Part shown: one piece after another, positions 1 to 10,935 of the stretch
Position numbering within the stretch: the stretch's first letter is position 1
Layout: every line of letters starts with the position of its first letter
Source: Neodothiora populina
Taxonomy: Eukaryota
Assembly: GCF_041146345.1 (NCBI RefSeq)
Contig: NW_027191408.1
Coordinates: 496,001-560,000, forward strand
Direction of reading: 5' to 3'
Length of the DNA stretch: 64,000 nucleotides
The notes under the pieces: generated by a model
The model's database searches: none
Seen by the model: only the letters and a program-made list of their open reading frames with translations
What the model was told of the DNA's origin: nothing
Made by a program: the position numbers and the translations under genes

Positions 1-1600
1 GCGAAAGTCGTTGCGCATCGTAGCGAACCGCGAATGGATTATAAGGTCCGGTCATGGGCGGCGCCTGCATGACTGAGGGAGGTGGTGGGAGAGTAGATGT
101 TCGAGACGCGTTACTGTAGCTAGGCATCTGAGACGTGGGTGGAAGCATCGTGGTAGCAATTGGTTGTGGAAGTGGACCGGCCATATGGCGATCAGCTGAG
201 CTCGACTGCTGCGGCACTGAGCTGTATACGTGTTGCTGTGGTTGTTGCTGTGGCTGGTCGTTGCCTGGTCCGAATGATTGAAGGGTTGGCGCAGATGCTT
301 GGGCCATAGGAAAGCTCGAGGTCCTCCTACGGACTCTTCTGTCCATGTCGGGGCTCGTGGGGGTTGCCTCTGCAGGCTGACTGTAAGAAGGTGGAGAGAG
401 GCCTGTCTGGACAGTCGAGTGGTTGCGGTTTCGTCTGCGCAGACGCGGGGAGGTCGGTCGGGCAGAGAGCTGTCGATCTCCGCCGCTGATACCACGAACG
501 ATACTGGCGAGGACGTCCCTTTCTTTCTTGTAGAACTCTGCGTCTTCGGAGACCTCCTTGACTTGCTGCTCCAACTTGGATATAGTTGATGCTGCCTCCA
601 TTTCCTTCTTCTTGCGTCGTTCTCTGAACCTGGCACTTGCACCGGCATTGCGCTTTCGCTTCTCATCTGCGACTCGAGATGCTGCTTGCACATCTACTGG
701 GAATCTCACATCCCCCTCTGTAGTCTTCAGCGTCATCATTTGATAGGTACTTTGTCCCGCAGATGTCGACACTGGTATAGCTAGTTGTGAACTGCTAGCG
801 ACCGCTGGTACACTCCTACCCCTACTGGCACTTCTCGAGGGATCACCAACACTCAGATACCCAGAGGCTTGGTCATATCCCGAATAGCCGGTGGGTGAGT
901 TCTCGTCATAGCCAGAGTAGCCTGGACTTGGGCTTGCGCTGTATCGTTGATATTCAGGGCTCAATCTCCTTGGCAGATCTGAAGGCGGTGGAACTATATT
1001 AGGGTACCCATAGCTCGTCTGATGGGTCGGTGCTGGTGATGCTAACATGGGAGGGGCACCTGAATTGCTTTGCTCCACCATATAAGATCTTGAACGTGGA
1101 GATGATGGGAACGGGTTTTGCTGAGCATTTATGCTGCCATTGGCAGGATTGATATGAGACAAGCTGATTGCCCGACGAATCGGAGACTTCGGTGTGAGCA
1201 CCTTTCTCCCTGCGCGGTCAGCATCCACAAATTGGTTCGAGCCCGGATGTCCGGGGGCATGTGGACCGCCAAGTAGGGGAGGTAGCGTAGCCATTTCGTC
1301 TCGGGATGAAGAAACTTCGTCTGCCTTACGCCTTCTTTGACTCGGGTCATTCTCGACAACAGGGTTCAACACCGAAGGAAGTGTCACCGCACGTTTGCCC
1401 GAAGGAGATGCGCCGCCCGGGGGGATCCCGGGAGGTACTCTCAGAAGAGGCGGAAGTTCGAAACCTCGTGTAGAAGATCCTGCGGATGACTGAGTAGCTG
1501 GCAGCTCCGCTGCTGCTACCGCCCCCGTAGATGCAACTCGCTGATGAGCGGATAGCTGAGAGCTCTTTAAGTAACCTGGTGCAGAAGGGCGCTGGGACAT
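1..1600 (-). CDS. bZIP transcription factor (3' end runs off the window)
   Basis: Manual translation gives an open minus frame from ~1909 to the window edge, first ATG at 1600 (MSQRPSAPG...). It contains YQMMTLKTTEGDVRFPVDVQAASRVADEKRKRNAGASARFRERRKKKEMEAASTISKLEQQV, a basic region with N-x7-R plus a zipper. Absent from the ORF track because the stop is outside the window. Confidence 0.85.
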   Translation of the reverse strand, partial: MSQRPSAPGYLKSSQLSAHQRVASTGAVAAAELPATQSSAGSSTRGFELPPLLRVPPGIPPGGASPSGKRAVTLPSVLNPVVENDPSQRRRKADEVSSSRDEMATLPPLLGGPHAPGHPGSNQFVDADRAGRKVLTPKSPIRRAISLSHINPANGSINAQQNPFPSSPRSRSYMVEQSNSGAPPMLASPAPTHQTSYGYPNIVPPPSDLPRRLSPEYQRYSASPSPGYSGYDENSPTGYSGYDQASGYLSVGDPSRSASRGRSVPAVASSSQLAIPVSTSAGQSTYQMMTLKTTEGDVRFPVDVQAASRVADEKRKRNAGASARFRERRKKKEMEAASTISKLEQQVKEVSEDAEFYKKERDVLASIVRGISGGDRQLSARPTSPRLRRRNRNHSTVQTGLSPPSYSQPAEATPTSPDMDRRVRRRTSSFPMAQASAPTLQSFGPGNDQPQQQPQQHVYSSVPQQSSSADRHMAGPLPQPIATTMLPPTSQMPSYSNASRTSTLPPPPSVMQAPPMTGPYNPFAVRYDAQRLS

Positions 1601-2459
1601 TAAATCCTTCCCTCGAGCTTGAACACCCTCCCACGATCCAGACCATGAGCGTTGCGTATCGTCTGCGCCTTTCCTATCGGCTTGCCCAAATGCCTGTAGG
1701 AAAGGCGAATCGTGCCGAGGAGGCTGATTCTCCGGGTGAGCTCTATCCAGGTTGTAATGGGTCCTATAACTACTTGGATCGTGAGGGAAGACGTAGGATG
1801 GTCTTGTTGCAAACTGTGATGCCGCCAGTTTGAATGATTGACGTGGAACGGCCGAGCGCCCACGATTGTAATTCCTGGTGGCTTGTCTGATTACGGACTT
1901 GAGGATATATTAGGTAACACCAGGGTAAATCCGGAGATGATAAATCCAAATGCTTTTGGCTATGAATCACTGTGCAGCGTAGACAAGACAAAGTAGGCTT
2001 TGCAGGGTCGTGAGAAGGACAATTTCGAGGCTGCGGGCCAGTGTGATACTGACGAAAAGGAGGAAGAAATGGAGTGATGGTGCGGTAGGTACAGGAAAGA
2101 GGCAAGCCAACGTATGAGGAGATGCGAGGTAAATGGAACAACACTATTCGACCAACACCAGGCTAGGCTAAGCAGTGATATAAGAAGATCGGCAGGTCAC
2201 GGCGTGAAATGACATGACAGCAACTTGTGCGCGGACCAGAGCATGTCCAACCTGGCATGGTCGCACTCATTTGCAAGGAGCTGTAGACGGGGATGAGGCG
2301 CCGCGACTCGAGCGAGTTAGACTTTGGTACAATTAATTCACCTGGGGTGCTTGCGGCGCGTGGAAGACGAGAACCGTGCGTGCCGTAGTTGTGCGTGATG
2401 CTTCCTCGTTCCTAGCTGCTGGATTTGTTAGTGTTGCGTTAATATTTCTACGCCATAGC

Positions 2460-5400
2460 GCTCAGTGCGGTGCGGGTCCCTGTCTTGACGCTTGGGCGGC
2501 GAGAATGCCAGGCACCGATAACTTGGCGACCGCACAGTGATGGACCAAAGTTGAACTTGTGCATCATGGATCGCTTAGCGGGGCTGCATCCAACAGCACG
2601 GATATGTGGTAAATTACCCTCTCACAATAGCCGATGTCTGCTCGCAGCCGCTCCGTGGACCATGGGATCGCACGCGAGGAGGTTTGGAGCACTCCTGGGT
2701 TCGTGAGCGTCAGATCTGAGACCGAACCTCCCATCGGCAGCTGCCAGCCCATTCGTGGGACCGACGCATGATGATGTGGCCATATGTTTAGATCGTGCGT
2801 GATGAAGAGGTCTCGTCGAAAAGCAATGCAGCAATGCTAGTCAGCCGCATGGTGGCGCCTCCATAGCCCATCCGTGCGTTGTCAATCTCGTTCACAAGAG
2901 GAATGGAGGAAAGTCACCACAAACCAAGAAGTCGGCACGAATCTGAGTTCAGGTGTACGCAAACTAATCATCACCTGTTACTCTAACCTGTGAAGATCGT
3001 GACTATCGAGTTTCTAGATCCAACTGTCCTCTTACCGGGGAAGCCCCGCCGAAAACCCAGAAGAAGACGGTGCTTCTGTGCTTGTATACTTTGTTTGGGT
3101 TGTCGGAAAGATATACTGCAGCACCTAGGGCGATCCAATAGTGTTTCCGAAATTCATCATTTTTTTAACACTACTGCTGAACGGCGAAACGGAGCGGGGG
3201 GTGGGTCGTTTGCCCACTTCTAATGCACAATGGATAGACCCCATCTCGAGTCACACTCGCTACTAATGCCGGCAGAGGCCTTCAGGACGGCATGAACCCT
3301 GTCAAACGCAGCATCTGACTGTATGGCAACTTTGCCTTTCGAGGTAACGACTAGAAAGCTGCAACACCGTTCTCGGCCGCTTTAGCAAACCCGTAGACAC
3401 TAACCCTACCCTGACCGTTCGTCCACAATGCATAAGCCCCATGCGCGCCGTTGGCAATTTTTCTTTAAATGTGGTGGAGCGAATGATACAGTACCTAGCT
3501 TAGCTGCTGTATGTATCTCTTGTCGAACAGTGTGCAGGTCGTGCTACGGGTCTCCTGCAAGCAATCACCATCAAATGCGGATGACTCGTCAATGTGCCGA
3601 CCCACTAGACCAGAGTGTCGGTGTGATAGCCAGATGCGGTGAATGATTGATGATGGAATGATCACCGCTTCGGCTTCAAGACTGCATGGACCGCAGTAAG
3701 TGGTGCTGTACCGACCGTATGTACCATCGTATTGTTGTGGACGGCAAATGCTCTACGAAAGACCACGAAATGTACAGTACTCGTACAATTCCGAAGCATT
3801 GACCCGAGGTATTGAGGGTTATCCACACAGAGTGCCATTCGAGTCTGACCGACAGAGCAACATGTGCAACGCGGACGATTAAACCCAACCTGCAGGACTA
3901 GGTCGGTCGGTCTCTAAATTAAAATGGGCTCGTTGATTTAGACTCGGCATGCGCATCGCATTGCATGTGTATCATGTGAGGGGTCAAATCAAGTCAGTCA
4001 GATTGCGCATGGTGCCAACAAGGCGCTGTTAGTTTTACTCGCCGAATTTTGTCATTGGTCAAAAATCTCGACTTCTCATGCTACCAACAGCTGCACGGCC
4101 ACCCACGCAGGGTGAGTTATCATGACGCTTGTGGATCTGCACATGCAATACGTTCGTACGGAAGCGATAGCCTGGAAAGCAAAAAGGGCCATTTGCGAGG
4201 CTTTCATGCTCTGCAAATGCCTATCATTATTACATTACACCATCCTTGTGAAGCTTGTCTCATTTTTGACCGCTTCGCTAGCAATCTGTAGGGTACCAAT
4301 CTTTTGTGATTGACCCTTTCTAAATTAAGAAGATCCGAGTCTTATTGCGAGCTCGATGCTTTCATTGATGGCACGCATTAGTTACGCTTGTATCTTTTTA
4401 CATCCTAGCGGCCGGCGGTCACGGCTTTCCTTAGATGACTACGGCTAGAACAATTCTCGAAGGAGTGGAACCGCAATTCTGCCAGTCCTAACGGGGAGTC
4501 GCGGAAGGTGGACATGCTGAAACGCATTAACCATATAGGGTAGCGTTTCAGATTACGATGGGCTTTTTCCCCCCAAGAGTGCCACAGCCGTGGACAAATT
4601 GCCCGAGGAGCAGTGCCGAGTTGACGAGGGCGCTAGAGACCAGGTACTTGTATCTCATTGTGAGAAAGGTCCCCGTACTAATGCGACGCATCTGTAATAG
4701 AGCAGGAATTTCGCACTTGAAATGACTGAATGTCCTTTTGTGCCGGCCTCAACAAGTCAGAGGAAGGAAGAGAAAGACACTCGCATAGCATGTTGTGCTG
4801 CAGGAGAGCCTTGTACTATATATCCATATTCGATGGCGCGTCGCATCGCAAGGGGTCACCTACTGGATATCGTGGCATCTGCGAGAACCCCGCGTCACAT
4901 TGTTAGTCGTGTTCCATGCACAACATAACCCAGCCTTGACCATTTCTGGCAGACTACACTAGCACACTCGCCTCGCTGACCTGCCTACTCAGACCTTTGT
5001 CCCTACAATGTGCAGTACTATATTTCCAACCGAGAATCGATTACGTTTGATGGGCGAAATGATGTGCCCTTCTCCTGCATCGCATCACTGGGCTCATACG
5101 AGAGTTATTGACTAAGATCACCAAAGGCCACTAGAGTTGTGGTGTAATAATGACGTTTAATTCCATATTTTGGGCACTCCAGGAGTTGCCCGAGACGAGT
5201 TGAATCTGCCTTCACAGCTTCCCCATTGAGAGATGTCGCACGATGCGCCACGTAAGGTTTCAAGAACAAGTGATTATGATAACCATGGTTGGTGGGTCAC
5301 CCACCCCAAAAACGATTTGCTCAGCCGAACTTGGAACGTTTCCAAACTGATTATGGCCAATGCTCATCACCGCGTACCTGAAGTCCGTGCTACGTAGCAC

Positions 5401-5740
5401 GTGGAAGTGAAATCATTAACACATGGCACCTGTGCACCCTGCACAATTTGAAATGTCGAAACCGACCGATGGTAAGCCTCCTACATCACCTTTTCCCTCT
5501 TACCGGTCCTACTGTACATACCTACTGGTACACACCTTAGTATTGACAACGACATCAAAAGCAAACTGTCAGCCGGAGTAATGTCATATACTCCGTCAGG
5601 GGCAAGGCACCATAAACTTGGAACGATGTCGCAAATACGGACAAGTACCAAGTTTACAAAATCGTGGAAGGATTAAGGCTATATTATGACGGCATCTGAT
5701 CTACCGCTATGTGTAACACTAAAGGGGACTGTGTAAGACA
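2460..5740 (+). ncRNA. Large structured non-coding RNA, candidate telomerase RNA (TER); ends approximate
   Basis: No credible ORF. More than a dozen mutually nested helices of 8-24 bp, including long-range ones; G-U pairs favour the + strand. CTAACCCTA (1.5 x complement of TTAGGG) at 3400-3408. Pseudoknot and CR4/5 not securely located. Confidence 0.6.
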
Positions 5741-6049
5741 AGCCAACTTAAGCATACAGCATAATATGCGTCAGCTCCTTGCACTTTCAAGCCAGACCTT
5801 TCCGAAACTATAGAAGCTGTTCTATCTCGCAAGGAACTCCTCCGCTGACCGCCTAGCACCGGTGTGGCCTCTGTCCATGGCGCAACACGGCTAACAGCAC
5901 CCTCGGTATTTTCAATTACGATCGGTCTATACTGCTGATCATGTGTGCCGGGCATGGATGCTCGCCGTCGTTGATGGATTTTTCTCTGCGTTTTAATGCT
6001 GACAGCCACGAGTGCATCCCTTAGGGCGATGAGTGCTATTCGAAGCCTT

Positions 6050-7052
6050 TCATGCTATTGTTGTCATTCTAAACTTGTTCAATGGACATCCGGAAACGCC
6101 GATTGGGACCTTGAAAGTCGCTCCTTGCAGCTTGGTACTTTCGGGGTACTTTTCAGGTTCTTCGTCCGCAGCCGTGGTGATGTATAGATCTTGCCCGGCG
6201 ATGCCAGGACAAGTGACACAGCGGGTGGGAAGCTCTATTTCGGCGATGATTTCGCCATCCGGGTTCAACCTGACAACCTTCCATGTTCCGTGCATTGCAA
6301 TCCAGAAGCAGCCCTCGGCGTCCTGACAGTGTCCATCTGGAACACCTCCCTCGATCGGACATTTGAAGAACGGCTTCGCAGCACTGACGTCAATCTTGCC
6401 CGTTGCTGCGTCGTAGGGATATTTCTTGATCTCAGTAGTTGGCGAGTCTGTAAAGTAAACTGATTTACCGTCTGGAGTCCAAGATATGCCGTTCGGGATG
6501 GTCACTGGCTCAATGATACGATGAAGACTAAGGTCTGAATCTAATCGGAACAGTACACCTTCAGGATTATCAGCATGTTGCTCGGCCAGACCGACAGCAT
6601 ATATGGATATGTGTTATACCTTCCGGGCTCGGCTCGTGAATCAACGGATCGTTCATTGTTCCTACGAAGTATCGTCCCTGGCTATCCACAGCACCGTCGT
6701 TGCTTCTCATTCTGTGTTCCTTGTTTTGTTGCACCTCTTCCGTGTCCCACATTTTCTTGATATATCTCCATTCCGCGGTTTTCTTGTTCATAATGCCATA
6801 TCCTGATTTACCGCCAAACACGAATTCATCATCATTGCCCTCGATATTCGCTGTGGTACCGACCGAGATTGGAAGGTCGAATACTTTGTGTGATGATGGG
6901 CCAATGTTGAGATCGACCGTATGCATTTTCTGCTTGATGATATCGAAGAAGCGGAGGGTGTTGCTCTCTTTGTCCCAGAATGGAGCTTCACCGAGTCCAC
7001 AGTCTGTCTTGAGCCATGGCTCAGTGACCTTGTATCTCTTGATTTCAGGCAT
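6050..7052 (-). CDS. SMP-30/gluconolactonase/regucalcin-family protein; intron 6559-6619
   Basis: Motifs LGEAPFW, RSNDGAVD.QGRYFVGTM, IPNGISW, PDG.CQD.EG.FWIA. A GT..AG intron of 61 nt joins the two ORFs in frame. Confidence 0.93.
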
Positions 7053-10000
7053 GATTTTCTTTGGGTCTTCCTTTCCAAGGACACAGAAAGAACCAAGGGC
7101 AAAGTGAATTATGGCTTATAGAACGACAGGGTATTTCGAGCTTGCAAGATGGAGGATGGTATGGAAAAAGGTTACTCGGACTACGTCGAACCTACTGCAG
7201 CAGCTGCTTGAATGACGTGGAAGCGTCAACGTGATGCTCGGGGCGACTCTACACCTCGGCGAATACTTGCCCGAAGACTTCTCCGCACCGTACACATCCG
7301 GCTCGTCGCTTTGATCAGGTACCTTGCACCTAAATCATGAAGCATCAATCGAGTGCGATTGATTGAATACACAAGTGCGAAACTACAATACAGTATGAAA
7401 ACCCTGTGTCAGTGCTTGGGGCAAATGACTCTATAATAGATAAAGCACAGTGCAGAAAGCTACCTTGGCCATACTTGTGTCAGATATCAGGGTAGGTATG
7501 CGAAGGATCTACCGCACAGTACTATAGTATCTCGGAGTGCTGTCCCGGGAGGACATCGCTCTTACTAGCTTGGTAGACGAACCTCGGAGCTGAGCAGCAC
7601 GTGTAATTAATCTTCGAGGTCAACAAGACAAACACGAAAAAGTGCCAACACATGCACGACATCTTGAGCACCAACGGTGAGCTGCAGGCAGGCACCACTG
7701 CATATCCAGGTGTGACACCATCCCATCCATGGCGTCGGGTCGCATGCCACGTCAACCTACCTGGGTACCTAATGTCAGACACCTTCACGGGAGCGCGGAG
7801 TTGGCGCCCGGCAAGGAACCTCGCATATGTGCATATCACCCTCTTAGACGCCCTTACTTGGCCTACCTTATACTGCACTGTGGTACCCACCCTGCACTTG
7901 ACCTGCTTCTCAACGAAAATAATCCACGATGCGCCGTAGATCTGTTATTTATTGCCTTCATGCAGCTTGCTCTTCTGCCATTCCGCGTCCCGCTTCGCCT
8001 GCCTCGCTACCAACCCGGACCCTATAGGCTCTCTCGATCGGGCCATGCATAGACACGCAATGATTACACCGCCCTGTTCGAGGACGCGTGACGAGCTTTT
8101 AGACGTTGCAGTAGGCAGATGCTACGCCTCGTCGCATATTGTAATTGCTACACACAGTCAATCCTGATCTAATGTGCGAAGGGAACCACGCTAGGTGGCT
8201 CACCTGACCTGCGACCTTACTCACTCTTGATCTGTAACTTTTTGGCACATTTGCCGACCTCGTCCATGTCATGTCGCCTACAGAGACTGTGTTTGTTCTT
8301 CCGCTCACGACAGTGCAGAAGAGAAATCGACATGTCTTGACCATGTGCAGCGCAATTATACACGGCCACTAGAAATCATACTCTGAACCTTTGTTTACTC
8401 TGCGGTAACGTCAAGCCAAGGTAAAGCCGACTAAATGGTGCCTTTTCGCCTCTCGAAGTCCTGGTGCTCAGCTATATGGCACTGGAATACCTGCAATCAT
8501 CCCGCTTTTCGATTGTGAAGGACCCGACATCGAAGCTGGCGATCATGACTCCTCGATCGTACAGGCTCCACATTGTGGCTGCGCCCCGTCACAGACAGTG
8601 GTGGGCCCGGTAAGCGCTCGAGTTATTCTCTTTCATGCATTTAATAGGAAGACGAGCACAGTGGCCACAGCAGGCAAGCAAGCAAACAGGTGGTGGATCG
8701 CCGGCATCCTGCACAGCGCATCCCATGCGCGCCATACGGCGAGCGGTCCAAAGACAAGAGAAAAAGACGTCTTCCCACGTGGTCCTGCTGATGCCACTGC
8801 ATACTGCACATACATACCTGGCCACTGCATATCCGCCCGGCTGCATACTGCACAATATGCACTGCTGCTGCCGCACACATTCGCATCGCTCTGCGTTGCG
8901 CCAACGCCAGCGCCAACGCCAACGCCGTCCATTCCTCCCTCCCGTCCTCCCTCCCTTGCCGTCCTTCCAAGCGGCAAGCCTGTCACATCATAAGTACCGA
9001 TCTAGGAATCACCTGCATCGGGCTTTGTCGCGCGCGCGCGCGACATATCTTTCTCTCTGTCACGCTTTCTCGCATCTTGCACCGCATTTGGTTCGTGTGG
9101 GTTTTAGGCACAGCGCACGACATTGGGCTTGATTTGTTTGTCCCTCCTCCGCTTACCTCTTCGGAAGTCGGCATGACATGAGCCTTCTCCGATAATTGAA
9201 TACATATAAGGCGAGCAGTCGCTGCCTCCCGCATTCAGGGTCCGGCCCTTTTCGCAGGCAGGTGGCTCTGAAGTTGCTGACCTGCTGGCACGGCGAAATG
9301 CTCTCTCTGGATGTATACATACATACATTACATATATTATCATCTTTCAAGCGGGAGGAATTGCGCCTTTTCTGACATCGTTCGGTAGATTGCGCCGCGT
9401 GTGCGCCACACATGGGTAAGATACAGTAGATACAGTACAAGGACGGTCAAACAAGGCACAGTACAGTACACAGGTGACGGGCGGCAGCGACTTATCAAGC
9501 CCTTCCCGAGGCCTAAACCACGTCGTCGGAAGTTCTCAAGTATTCGTGTGTTCTCGTGCATACCACTATAACTACCATCCATCGTGGGGAACAATGAAAT
9601 ATACACTGCTGCCTGTTACCTGAGATTGGCAAGAGGACATGTTTCTGCCGGATGCGAACACTTTCTCCAGGTACACTGCACTAGGTGTATGCAGACCGGT
9701 CAGACCGGTCAGGGAGGCAAACCGGTCAAGAAGCGCAAGTAATATAGCTGGCAAGCCAGCTAAGGTAAGGTAACATGAGGTAAGGAAGAAAGGATGTCGG
9801 GCTAGTTGCCTTATCGCCACGTATATCAGTAGCAGTATAAGAAGTACGCGAAGTAAGATGAAGTACAGTATATGAAGGATTGTGAATACACTATACGAGC
9901 CAGCCATCCGCAGTACCCTAGACAGCGCCTTCCTCAGACACAACGAATCTCGTATACCGAACGCCTTGTTTTTCTCTCTTGGTCCGCGACGAATCCGGTC

Positions 10001-10935
10001 AGTCAGGCAACCATCATCGATTATCCATTGGTCCAGAATCCGTAAGTCGAGTCAGGAGCAAGAGAGTTCCATATATCTCTCAAGTGTCCTTCCTACCATA
10101 CTTGTCTGAGTGCTGCTTCATCGATAGTACAGATGTAGATTTGTGAAGTGCTTCTCAGATTAAAGTGTAGATGTGAGATCCTGCATGAGAACCCGCTCGG
10201 ACAGTGATTTGCTTGTGAGATGGTGTCGACTTAGTGCTTGGATGTTTGTGAGAGAGGAAAACAAGGTGTCGCATAATTACTCCTTGAGTGATCGTTGGAA
10301 GGTAAAGTGATGTAGAGTGTCTTATTTTCTCACTGCTTGAATGGTAGTCTGATTGCTGGAATCATGGGGCTGAAAGTAAAGTACTTTAGGTAGAGTAAGC
10401 AATGATCATGAAGAAGGACCTTGACTTCAACCATACGTATGTATGTACAAGGACGACTCGTTCTCTTGTACAAGTCTTATACTATACTTTATATGCTCCA
10501 TCAAGACACAACGTAAGCGATTGAGAGAGCGGTAGTGATAACAGTACCGTATACGAGATGGAGGCGGAACCTACGGCAGCTCTTCATGTCACAAGTGGAA
10601 CAAGGCAGTGTGAGAGGGATGATCGGTAGGTGGGGAATAAAAGGCTTTGTATGTGTATGTATATGTATATGTGTAAATACATTTTTCTTTCTCTCGAGAG
10701 CGGAAAGAAAAAAAGAGAGAGAAAAGGGAAAATCACACCTTTCTTCTTCTTCATCTTACTTCTTTCACCTCTTCTGAGTGGTTGATCGCCCTAGGATGTC
10801 ATTTCCCTATTAGTGTAAGAGTACCTTATATTTTTCTGTCTTCTTGCAAAAAATCGAAGACAACCCCTTGATAATATGCGCTTCTGAGAATCTTCTTCAC
10901 CATCTTCCTTTCTTGACAACATCTTCTGTGTGAGA

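Noticed and set aside
2798..2826. GTGATGA...CGAAA resembling a hammerhead ribozyme core
   Set aside because: Invariant C of CUGANGA is missing, and stems I/III with a cleavage triplet could not be built.
3925..4355. Interrupted inverted repeat interpreted as a MITE
   Set aside because: No clean terminal inverted repeats or target-site duplication; blocks are separated by asymmetric inserts and nest inside a larger RNA-like fold.
9572..9943. 123-aa ORF with a hydrophobic stretch
   Set aside because: Non-ATG start; hydrophobicity is explained by TpA-rich composition; no family motif.
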